NCBI GenBank assembly: GCA_001179505.1 | Contig: CDMY01000259.1 | Location: forward strand, 82,090-146,089 | Direction: 5' to 3' | Origin: Vitrella brassicaformis CCMP3155 | Lineage: Eukaryota > Protista > Chromerida | Length of the DNA stretch: 64,000 bases | Notes under the pieces: generated by a model | What the model saw: only the letters and a program-made list of their open reading frames with translations | What the model was told of the DNA's origin: nothing | Database searches by the model: none | In this document: positions 23,528 to 34,690 of the stretch, in pieces | Layout: each line of letters begins with the position of its first letter | How positions within the stretch are numbered: position 1 is the first letter of the stretch | Translations under genes and position numbers: made by a program

Positions 23528-26500
23528 TCAGTCGGTGCTGGGCTCCTCCAGTGCATTCAATATCGCAGGCAGACACCGGAAACACTCCGGCAGCCACGGC
23601 AGCGACACGAACGGCACCTCCAGACCGTCAAAAGCGAACAGCGTCCTCTCCCGTATGTCCCGCTTCAGCACACTCGCATCGCGCAAAGACAGGGAAGGCC
23701 CATCGGCAGCCGGAGGCACCTCCATGGCGTCAACAGCTTCGTTGTTGCTGTCGTCCTCTGCATTGTCGCCAGTGGTGGTGTGATGGTGTCGAATGGCCGG
23801 GATCTTGGGGTATCGCTGACTGAAATGGGTCAGGATCAGGTACCCACAGCCGGTGCGCTCGGCTGAGAGAACAGAGGGCAGGGAAGAGGTTGCAGAGCGC
23901 TGGTGTCAGTGTATCTCTGTGTCCTTTCTGCGCGTACCGATTTGGAAGGCTTCGTCGAGTGTGCTGTGGAGCTTCTCGATGGCCTCGGTGCGCAAACCAT
24001 CCTCAAACGTGGCTGACAGAATGCACGAACACACAACAGCTCACGAGAAATCGACAGGGCAATGCTGTTATAGCCAGGCGCACCTTCGTGTATCAGCAGG
24101 TCACAGTTCTTCGCGAGAAGGGCCACCGCGTCGCATGGCCGCGTGTCGCCCGAGTAGACCACGTCAGGCAGCCCATCCATCGCCACACGAATGGCTGCGT
24201 CATCAGAGAGGAATAGTGAGCATGGGAACCCACAGACATGCCCACTCTGTCTGCCCATCTGCGTACCGAATGAGTCGGGGATGTGATCCACGAGTATGCT
24301 GGCCACCCTCACGCCCAGCGCATCCAGCAGTGCATGACGCGACGCAACCCAACACGATGGCGCCTTCTCACCACCACCACCACCGGCAGCAGCGGCAGCT
24401 TCACTCTCGCCACCGTCGGTGCACGGCACGGTCCAGCAAGCCGATTGGTCTTCCTGTGGGGTGAGGTTGACGAAGCTCTCGGGCGGCGTGAAGGGTGCGT
24501 CGTGTGGTCGGATGATGAATCCCTCGGCCGGCAGGAAGCAGTGGGGGATGGCCTCCACACACTTGTGGTAAAAGGAATAGTACCGCTGATCGACACGCAT
24601 CCACCCGCTGATACCCGCCCGCCACAACAAGTGTCTGCCTGTGTGGGTGTCTACCTGCATTTTGTGTGGAGCCATCAGCACGGGGGCCTGCTCCTGCGGC
24701 CACATCCGCCCCCGCAGCGACAGCAAACGGGCCACACCTGCATGCACAGTAGACCAACCGCGCCATACCATCCAAGTACACACGGGCACAGTTGATCCAC
24801 CTACTGACTGACCCAGGTGATGGTCTGCGTGTATGTGGGAGACGTACACCACCCTGAACACATCACATTGGGAGGGCCGGACTGCCAACCAATGGTGCAT
24901 TGTGTTCGTTGTATTGGCTCACTTGATCCGCTTGAGTGTGTCGGCAAAGCTCTCGTCCGACGTCTCGATCAGCCGCAGCTGTGACACGCTGCCCTCACCA
25001 AAGTCGAGCAACATACCTGCCCCAGAACAGAACAAAACAGAGCACACACACGGCCTCCCTACCTCCACCCATTCCCCTGTGCTGTGTGTGTCGTGGGTGT
25101 TGGCCCCTTACCTACCGAATGTCCGTGACATCTCGAGGAGTATGCCCGACACGTTGCGGAACTGCCCTGGCATCGCCGCACCCGTGCCCAGGAACCGCAC
25201 ACGGGGATACACACACCGCTGTGTTGGGTGGCGGGCTGGGGGTGTCTGGTCGTGCAGTTGGCGGCACTTTGCCAGCCGGTCGGCCACCACAGGAGTGTCC
25301 AGGCGAGACAGCCGCTGAGAGGAACACGGACAGAATGAGGGACAGCTGCACAGTGTTGATCGTCTGACCTTTTTTGAGAAGGTTGGCTTCGCCTTTCTGA
25401 GGCAAGAGGAATCATCAGCACCGACCTGCACACACACACACACACACACACACATCCACGCAGCACCTCGCCAAATGACTTTCGACACACTCTCTCACTC
25501 ACTCACCCGGACTGGCGGCGAGAGCGTGACCTTCATCAGTGGCGCCACAGCCACATCCCCCTGCTCCTCACCCTCACCCTCCTCTTCATGCCGCCTCTTT
25601 CCACCCACCTCGTCGCCAGACGACGCACCCCTCATCACCGCATCGCCATTGCCGACATCGCCGCTGGGCTGCTCTTGCTCGTCAACGGCCATGGCGGCCG
25701 GGCCGCCGCCATTGGAGGGGCCGTTGTGCGTGCATGGCGGGAAGAGTGAGGGGAGTGCTTTCGCGAGGACGGCGTTGAGCGATGCTGACGAGGGGAAGAA
25801 AGACAGCTCAGACGAGGCGGTGTCGCCACTGAGAGAGACAGCCGCGTACGCGCAGGGAAATGTGTGTGTCACCAGTGGTGTGTGTGTCGATGGTTACCGG
25901 TTGCAGAAAAGGTGCCGCACTTTGAGTTGCGAGCGGGAGGCCAGACAGCGCATGAGGGCGTCGTAGGAGGCAGTCCTCACCAGCTGAACATACAAACCAA
26001 TCAGACCACCAAAAACAGGTGGAGGGATAGATTAGAGGGATCATTCTGCATGTTTTGCTGGGCGCACCGATGGGTCAGTGAGGTGAAACACGTGCGCCAG
26101 GTGGTCAAGGCCATATGCTTCACTCCCGCGCGTCAGTGCTTCAGTCTGGCAGGGCGCACACGCACCATAAGTCAATGAATGCCTCCACTTCTGTCGTGCG
26201 TGCGTCCATCCATCCATACCATTTGCTTGACGTGTTGTTCATTGAGTGGCTGCAGGATGACGAAGCTCTGCCCCCTGAACCCAGGCTCGCACACGTCCTC
26301 CGAGCGCACCTGACACATACAAAGGCAACACACATGCACACACACCCCTTACACACGCGCCACACACACAACACCCTCGTCCACCCCACTCACCACAGTG
26401 CCGTCCTCCAGAGTGACGCTCTGCCCGCTCTTGAGCTTGCCAAACAGCGGCCCCTTGGGCACCTTAAGCGCATTCGCCCTCTCCACATCAAACTTGCCCG

Positions 26501-27718
26501 CCACATCGGGGCACCGACCCACACACACGACCGACGTCTGCCCGTCAGCAGGGGAGCATGTCGGCACCACTGCGTTGGGGAACACCGACGAAAAGCCGGG
26601 ACTCTGCGAGACGTCGCTGCTGCCGTTGCCTCTGAGGCGCTTGTGGGGGAGGGAGGGGGCAGGGGCGTCGGCTGGTGCTAAGGTGGTGGTGGCCGTGTCG
26701 TCGTGATGTGTGTCTTGGGCGGCCTTGATGGGCAGCAGCTGGATGTTGAATGAGTCGCCCAGGTCGCACTCCGTCGGGGACGAGACCTCGCATATCGTCA
26801 CGTCGATCTGACGCCTGCAGTGATGATAGAGCGGCCATAGTGCACGGACTGCGTGTGTGATTGACTATCATGCGCTTACAGGAATGCAAAGGTGCGTCTG
26901 ACCCACTCGAAGTAGTCCTTGAGCGGCGGAGGCCCCCATATGCGGATGGCGTCGGCACCGCTGCCCTCCAAAGTCAGCAGCAGACCTGTAGACACGTACC
27001 GATGATTGACGAGCAGTGGAGGGAGTGTCTGTGGCCACCTGGCAGTCCTCCGACGTTTTCTGCGTTGAGTGCAGTGAGGATGATGTCACGTGTGCGGGAC
27101 ACACGCATCCGATGCTCAAGGCAGAACCTGCACCCATATATCACACTCACACAATTTCTCGTGGAGTGTGATATCTTCTCGTAGCTCAAGCGATGCCCTG
27201 ACCTCTGCGTGTTTTCGCCCGCATTGATGAGAATGCTGCAGCCAGGCAGACAGACAAGCACAAGCACAAGCACAAGCACAAGCACAAGCACAAGCACAAG
27301 CCAGATTGTTTCGTTGCTTCAGTCAGTGTCTGGGTCTGCTCGTGTGTGACTGACTGACTGACTGAGTTTGACTGACCGTTCGCCCTCTTTGAAGAGCTGC
27401 AGGCCGGGAGGCACCGCCAGGGGGTGTGTGCCCAACACCTGCAGGTGCAACAATGCGTCACAGACGCTCGAGATGCAAAAGGGATGGAACGTGTTGAACG
27501 TGCCATGTCGTGTGCGGCACCTGGGCAAAGATGTGCATCGGTTTGACAGTGCACCGTCCCAGAGCCAGATCTTGGAGTAGCTTGGATAGCCGATGCCTCA
27601 ACAGCTTGCCTCTCTCTGTTTTGACCCTTTTCAGATACGAGCTTGCGACAGAACGGCACTCGCCGCTCAGCGCTCGACGATGAAGCAATTGAGATGTGCA
27701 AATCATTCTTCGATTCAT
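23528..27718 (-). CDS. ELAC2: Long-form tRNase Z (ELAC2/Trz1)
   Basis: N-terminal pseudo-motif QVLGTHP...INAGENTQR|FCLEHRM; exosite KGPLFGKLKSGQSVTLEDG; FLGTGAAMPGQFRNVSG; LLDFGEGS; SHIHADHHLG; VVYSGDTRPC; LIHE|ATF; LILTHFSQRYPK. Two in-frame ATGs (27718, 27538). Confidence 0.95.
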
Positions 27719-27997
27719 TCATTCATCAATAGGTCACGAGTAATAAAGTCACTTGCCACGCGGCCAAGGGGTTGACCAACATGAAGGTGTGTCGCATGGC
27801 ATACCGCACCTTAGACACGATGGACGACGTCGGAATGCGATTTGTCGATGCGGCACGAGGAATCGGTCCCACAACAAACACACCTCCGTCGTCCATGGCC
27901 TCTGCCGGGCTGGTCCATGACGCTTTATCCATGTCACTTTATCCATAGGGGCATGAGACAATGCGCCCCACCCACCCTCGCCCCATCTTCTCATCAG

Positions 27998-30809
27998 TCA
28001 TGATGCAAACATGTCCACATCGTCCTCCGCCCCGCCGGCCCCACCAGCACCCCTCAGCAACGTGTCCATCGCTGACACAACCAGAGGGATGCGGTGTGTG
28101 TGAGTGCGTGTGTTCCCTCCCTCTCTTTGTTCAGGCCGGATGACCCACCTTGTTTCCTCATGTCTTGGTCGAGAGTGCCGTCGGGGAGGACGTCTTGCCT
28201 CTGGTAGACCTGCACGTACGACTCGCTGAGGGCCACCAGCTGCGGCAGCACCGCCGTCACGCGCAGATCCTCCATCTCATACCACTGATTCGACGGCTGA
28301 TCAAACATACCAGCGACACACACGACCGCACAATGCCGAAATGCTCGGGTGTGGTGGTCTGATCCCTCCCGCTTTCCCTCCCTCACTAACCGCATGGAGA
28401 ACGTGTGCGCGGTATTTGCCGTCGTGCGGTTTGCCCTCGTGGCACACGTTGGCGATCAGGTCGTACCGGGTCACCGGGTTCTCCTCCTGCGCCTCGGGGT
28501 GCACGTCTACCACACACACACACACACAGAGAGACAGAGAGAGAGAGAGATGCACCCGACCCCACCACCATGTGTGTCTCCACACGTACATTCTCTGAGG
28601 TCGAGGTTCTTGACGGGGAACGTGACGATGGTGGGGTTCTTCTCGAGGAAGAAATTGTTCTTGGAGAAGCGCTTGATGTGGAAGACCAGGTAGGGCGGCA
28701 GGCGCCAGAGAGAGTACCGCTTCACCTGCCCGCGCATCGTCTCGTGCCGCGTCTCGCCGTCGAACTTCTGCAGCAGGTCGAAGATCGGAACCTGATAACA
28801 GAACAGAGAAAGATAGAGCACCAAGAAAACGAGACACATGCTGTGTGTGGCATGTGGGTGGTGTGGATGGGTGAGTGCGGGGGCGTACGGTTGGGATCAT
28901 GTTGCGGTCGAGGGAGTCCTTGAAGATGGGCGAGGGGGGCACCTCCAGGGTCAAGTAACTGAGGCAAGGAGGGAGGGAGGGACGGAGGGGACGGATGTGT
29001 CCGTGGCGGTCGAGCCATCGGTGAGTGGTGTTTGTAGTGTGTGCATGGTTACAGGAACGGGGTCTTGGACTCCTCTGGAGGCTTCACCGACTCATCGGCT
29101 GCACACACACACACACAAAGTGCACGTTCCCCTCCCTGCCTCCCTGTACACCCTCTTCCTCACCGTTGACATCTGACGTCTTGACGAACACATCCCCCTG
29201 GAAACACTGATGCACCACCGAACCTGCACGCCAAACAAACCAGTGCTCAATCGGCCCGCCAGCCGTGTGTGTGTGTGTGCGTACTTCCGGTTTGTTTGTC
29301 TTTGAGTTTGGCGTGTAGCCTGTTCATGAGCCACACAAAGAAGGTCAGGGGGTCCTCCTGCTGCCCGATGCGGAACTTCTTCTCACTCGCCACACCCACT
29401 GCCTGCATACACACACCATGCCACACCATACCACACCACACCAGACGGACACACGTGCATCTGTGTGTCGCTCTGCCCGTCGCTCCCTCCCTCCCTCCCT
29501 CTCCCTCTCTCTGCGTGTCTGTCTCACCTGCATGAACTCGTGTGGCGACACGATGCCCTTGAAGTTGCGCGGGTTGAAGATCTTGCGCAGCAGCTCGCTG
29601 CAATTCAGCAACACCGGGTCGGGCCTCTGCACAAACAAACCAGTAAGACCGTAGACTGCAGCGGGAGGCGCTCGCTTGTGTGTGACTCACTTATTGCACA
29701 CCTGTTTGTGCGAGAGGTCCAGCAGCAGCAGTGCGTTTCGCAGGGGGATCACTTGACACAGAAACTGCACAACGACATTGCAGTAGTCCGTCCGCTTCAG
29801 GTCGTTCAAACCGATGCAGCCTGACACAACACAACACACCCAGTGTGTGTATGAGCGAGCCAGCCTTTCGTGTGGAAGGCTCTCCCGCCCATGCCGTCCC
29901 ACCAGGGATGAAGTCGGTGCCGTCGAGTGCCTTGCCGTAGACGAACCGCTTGCTGCTGAGGTCCTTGACCTCATCGGGCGTGTACGTTGGCTTCAAGTTG
30001 TACTGAACACACACACAGCCACAGATAGGCAGGCAGCAGGTGGGAAGGGTGCGCCTGTCGTAGCTGTGTGTGTGGGTAGTGCGGCAACCTTGATGTCGTT
30101 GAGGGAGGCGTCCTCGACCAGGTAGTTCTCGGGCAGACAATACACCTGCAGCAATGCACCGCACCCATCAATGCAGCGGTGTGTGCGTGTGTGGCCAGGC
30201 AGGGCAGCCCACTCCAGCCCACGTTGCAGTCGCTGAGGTTGATGTACACGTAGTGCCCCTCCTCCAACGCATGGGTGTACGAATGGGTGTTCTTGCCACG
30301 ACCTGATTGACACACCCATCCATCCATCCATTCACCCACCCAGGCACACACACCTTATCGTCTATCTCTCCCTCCCTCCCTCCCCCCTGTCTGCCCGGCT
30401 CACCCTGGAAGTATTTGCCGCACACGAGGCAGCAGTAGACGTGAAGGTTGGACAGGGTGATAGAGCATAGCTTCTCGAAGTCAAAGTCCAGCAGGTGCCG
30501 ATTCACCGTCCCGAGGTAGGGGCACGTCCGCCGCTGAGGGCGGACTCTCGGCGCCCTCTTCCCGCCCCCTCTCTGCTCCTTCTTGACGATATCCTTCTTG
30601 TCCTCCTCCGCCTCCACCTTGACTGACGCAGTCGACTGCGCATTGTTGGAGCCCGTCACGGTGACGTCGGCCTCGTCATCGGTCTCGCGCTTGATGGGGG
30701 GAGAATAATCGTGCGACCTTTGGGGTGCACGCACCTTGATGCGCTTCGCCGGCGGCGCGTCGGATGCACCAGCCGCCGCTGCTGCTGATGCGCTGGCGCT
30801 CTCGGACAT
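27998..30809 (-). CDS. USP39: U4/U6.U5 tri-snRNP protein USP39/Sad1 (ZnF-UBP plus inactive USP domain)
   Basis: CPYLGTVNRHLLDFDFEKLCSITLSNLHVYCCLVCGKYFQG|RG; GLNDLKRTDYCNVVVQ; FHIKRFSKNNFFLEKNPTIVTFP; YDLIANVCHEG; WYEMEDLRV. Confidence 0.97.
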
Positions 30810-30848
30810 GCTGGCTTGATGTTTCTTCCGCTGCGTGCCGTGGCATCC

Positions 30849-30879
30849 AGCTCGCCGAAAAGCTCGCAAATAGATCTGC
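30849..30879 (+). promoter_or_regulatory. Candidate bidirectional promoter motifs (AGCTCGC x2, AGATCTGC) in the 96-bp USP39/RbfA spacer
   Basis: AGCTCGC at 30849 and 30861, AGATCTGC at 30872; the same words recur in other divergent spacers. Confidence 0.55.
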
Positions 30880-30905
30880 CCATTGATGGCTCAAGGGAGG
30901 CTCAG

Positions 30906-33126
30906 ATGGAGGCCATGAGGCGTGCTGCAGCTCCAAGATCCGCTTCCATCATCCCCTGCGTCGTCTCGCGTTCCTTCAGCAGTCAGGGCGGTCCGCCCCG
31001 CTACCGGCTGAATGTGTTCAAAAAGCTGGACCAGGAGTACCTCGCATGGAGCCTCAAGAAGATGTCAGACACTGTCGAGCAGGCTGAGCGCGTCAATGAC
31101 TCCATCAAGGGATTGGCGGACAAGGCGCATCGATGGGAGATGCCGCAGCAACAGCAGCAAGATCCGGCCGAAAGCGACCCCGACAGCCGCGTCCAGAAGG
31201 GGCCCAAGTACCGCGACCAGTTGAGGGACAATGTCGGGGCTGCCGGGGAGACCTTCGTGCCGCCGCTCTATGTGCCGCACCGGACAAGGGGTCACGAGTA
31301 CCGGCAGTTTGCAAAGAACATCTACACCGACACCCCTCCGCCCGCACAGCGAGAGTGGCTCAAGGCAGAGAGCGGCGAGGGAGATGGAGAGGGGTATGAG
31401 GGCAGCTCGTCTCGGCGGGAGGAGTTCTCTGATCTGAACTTCGCTGGCGAGGAGGAGGAGGATGTGTTTGCGCGTTATGAGAGTCTGAAGGATGAGCCGC
31501 TGTACCAGGACCTGACGCACGAGGAGGCGCGCAAGATGCAGGAGCTGCAGATGCGCCGCAAGCTGCTGGACCGCCGGATGAGGTGGCTCAAGATGAATAT
31601 GCTCCCAAACCCACAAAAAGACGGTAGGTATGACGGAGGGAGGGAGGGAAGATGCGTTCGTGCAGGGAGCGGCTCTGTGTTGTCCCCACTTGTACATTCT
31701 TCCAGCCAAGATGTATCTGCGTCAAGTGGACAGCGAGGCTGCTACGAATGATGACGATGAGGAGGAGCGGCTGTACCCGCCGCCATTCATGGACGAGCGA
31801 CCAGACTCACCACGCATCACGCGCATGGTGGTAAGCTGCGGTGGCCACGCGCACCGCACCAGCCACCGTCCCCGCCTCGCGACGCGTGGCCGATGGATGT
31901 CTGTCTCGTGTGGGTGGGTGTTGGTCAGAACGAGACTCGTCATTTGGAGGTGGAGAGTCGTCTTCGTGCCCGCATCCGTGAGGAGAAGTGGGAGGTGGCC
32001 CGCATCCTCAAAGAGCCCGCACCCACAGTCGGGGGCGTGGTGCTCGACCACCAAGAGTACCACGTACAACGACGCACGGTGAGCGAGGCAGACTTACTGG
32101 AGGGAAGAAACAGGCACTTACCTGGTTGGGATGATTGATTTGCTCTCTGTGTGTGCGGTGCGGGTGTGTCCATCCATCCATGTGCTGTGTAGGTTCGTAT
32201 TGGTCGCCTGATTCAGTCTGCTCTCGAGCAAGTCATCACATGTACGTACGCGAGACGGGGGGTGGCCAATATGTTTCCAAGTCACCGCTCTCTGTCTGTG
32301 TGTGTGATGGTGGGTTGGCAGGCACGACCCCCCAAATACTGCATGAGATGCTCGGAGGTGGGCCGGCAGACGCACTCACACACTCACACATACATACATC
32401 CGCGCAGACACATATGGACATTCGGTGTGTGTGTTGTATGCGCGTGTGTGTGGTGTGTGTCAGGCGCGTCCATCACCGTCAACCACATCGAGCAGAGGAC
32501 CTATCGGTCAAGATGCTACGTACGTCATCACAGCCACCACACAGACAGACATCCATGCACTCACTTGCTGTCTGCCTGCCGGTCTGTCTGTGTGGTCAGG
32601 TGTACTACTCGTTGGTGTCTGACCATGACCCTGAGGAGGTGCAGCAGAAGCTGGACACTGCCGCTCCCAAAATACGGTGCATGAATACATGATACACAAT
32701 ACACCGATCCCTCCACCCAGACAGACACGAAAGCATTGTGACATTCTGCAGGTATGAGCTGGCGCGAAGGCTCGAGCTGGGTAAGCCAGGCACACAAAAG
32801 GGAATAGAGGGCGTGTCTCGAACGGTCCGTCGTGGGTCTGTCTGTCTGTCTGTCTGTTTGTCCGTGCTGTCTGTGTTGGCGCAGTGCGCACTCCTGAGAT
32901 TGCCTTTCGACGGAACGACGACGGCTCGCAGTTCGACAAACACCGCCTGATGAGCCTACACATGTACGTACGCCATGGCCAACGGCTCTCCTCTGTCGGC
33001 ATCATCGATTCTTGTGCTAATGGCTGTCTGTGTCTGTGGGTGTCTGTCAGGTCGAGTGATGAGCGTCGCGCGAGGGCCCGCCGAGTGCAGTCGACATTTG
33101 CGAGCGTCATGAACCACGTCAAGTAG
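30906..33126 (+). CDS. RBFA: RbfA-domain protein with long N-terminal extension, probably mitochondrial
   Basis: C-terminal spliced sequence VRIGRLIQSALEQVIT...ITVNHIEQRTYRSRCY|VYYSLV...KLDTAAPKIR|YELARRLELVRTPEIAF follows the RbfA KH-fold pattern. N-terminus MRRAAAPRSASIIPCVVSRSFSS looks like a mitochondrial presequence. Confidence 0.75.
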
Positions 33127-33364
33127 CGTACGTAGCCTACCTTCGTCCCACTGATTTGGTGTACCTGTCGGTCGTTACACGCGTGTATGCGTGTTGACGA
33201 TGCTGTGCAAATGGGTGCGTGTATGTGACTCTCAGCCGGTTAACAATGGTCTTCACTGACGCAGCTAAGCATCAGCTGTCACGCCATACATCACCACGGT
33301 CTTTGTTTCCTACACACACGCAGTCGTAGAGGCCCACTTCCGGGCCGGTGTCTCAACCACTCTC

Positions 33365-33841
33365 TGCATGCTCCGGCCGGCATCGATCAGGCGGTGTGAG
33401 AGGGTCCCCGATGAGCCAGACTGGCGATTGAATTATGCAAGTCGAGGTTCAGATCGTGATGAGACAGGAGTCCTTACGAGACACAGATACATATCTGCAT
33501 GTCCCCCCTTGGGCTAATATGACCTAGGATTACGGGACCTACCTACTGTATATAGTACGATTCTCTGCTATATGCAACAGGGACCTGTTTTGAGTCTGCC
33601 GGACAATTCACATCTATGTGTGTATGTCTCTTTTTTGTACCCACCGATGTGAGGGCGTTTTTTGACATCCATGGCCAATTGCATGAATCGTGCACGAAGG
33701 AAGGAAGGAAGAGACACGGATATGTGGGGAACTTTGGAACTTTTTGATGCCGCTGTCGCGAGGCAGAAGATCGATCATCGCTAATAAAGGTGGCTGAAAG
33801 GCACACGAGTGAGTGTCCGTCTGCATGACGAGAGGGACACA
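33365..33841 (-). repeat. Dispersed repeat R, copy 2 (inverted, segments in permuted order)
   Basis: 33594-33841 is the reverse complement of 19100-19335 with small indels; 33365-33386 is the reverse complement of 19069-19090. Confidence 0.9.
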
Positions 33842-34092
33842 GATGACGAAACAAAGTAGGCAACGATTCAGTTTGAGAGAGAATCTCGCGCAGGCTCTTT
33901 CTGCATACCCCTTCGGGGGGCCGGGGTGGCAAGGTCCCCGTGAGGTGAATGAACGAACAGTCAGCGTCAGCAGACACAGACCCCCATCGCCACACACTGA
34001 CTGAGCTGGAATAAGCGCCGTACGCTAGCAATGACGCACTAGAGGAATGACCAAAAGTAACGAGCTTGCGGCGAGATTTGCGGGAATTCTCG

Positions 34093-34120
34093 CCGTCTCG
34101 AGACGGTTTTCTCGAGAAAA
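34093..34120. promoter_or_regulatory. Two abutting perfect 14-bp palindromes with a TCTCGAGA core upstream of the kinase gene
   Basis: CCGTCTCGAGACGG (34093-34106) immediately followed by TTTTCTCGAGAAAA (34107-34120). Confidence 0.5.
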
Positions 34121-34690
34121 AGACAGAGCAAACAGTTTCCGAGCCGGCTGTCCTTATCTCTCACTGTTCGCCTCACATCTCCTTCGTTTCTCCTCATTTT
34201 TCGGCGGGAATCGTCGGGCACCACCCGCCCGAGGCCCACGCAGCCCCCTCCGCTCGCCGTTTTCGAAGAGGACGAGTCCACCTGACCCGCCCTGACCCGC
34301 CCGCCCGTCAGACGCTGACATCATCCTGAGCCTCCCTCCTCCCTTGGTGAGTGGTCGTTGGCTTGTGTGGTCCGCCCCGTCCCCTCCCGCCCATCCCGAC
34401 GTGTCCGAAGTCCGTCTGTCACTTCCTTCCTTTACGCCGTGCCGCGAGGGAGGTCAGCCGGTGGCGAGGCAGGACATCAATCACATTTTCAAGACACGCC
34501 GCGATTACTTGTAAATTCTCTTCTGAAAATGGGGGCCGCATGCAGACGGGACGCCCAGCAGCTCGCAAGAACTCGGCCTGCAGCCTCGTCGGCAGCCCAG
34601 TTTGCAGCAGAAGAAGGAGAGAAGCACCGCCGAGCACTGTCTCGCACCGACCACCAAGAAGACAGCCGCCGAGCTGTCAAGCGTGAGGCC

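Noticed and set aside
27254-27301. (ACAAGC)n hexamer run read as MLVLVLVLV
   Set aside because: Intronic simple repeat in the tRNase Z gene.
33540-33590. Helitron-like 3' end near repeat R
   Set aside because: A CTAG is present but there is no convincing GC-rich subterminal hairpin or matching 5' TC end.
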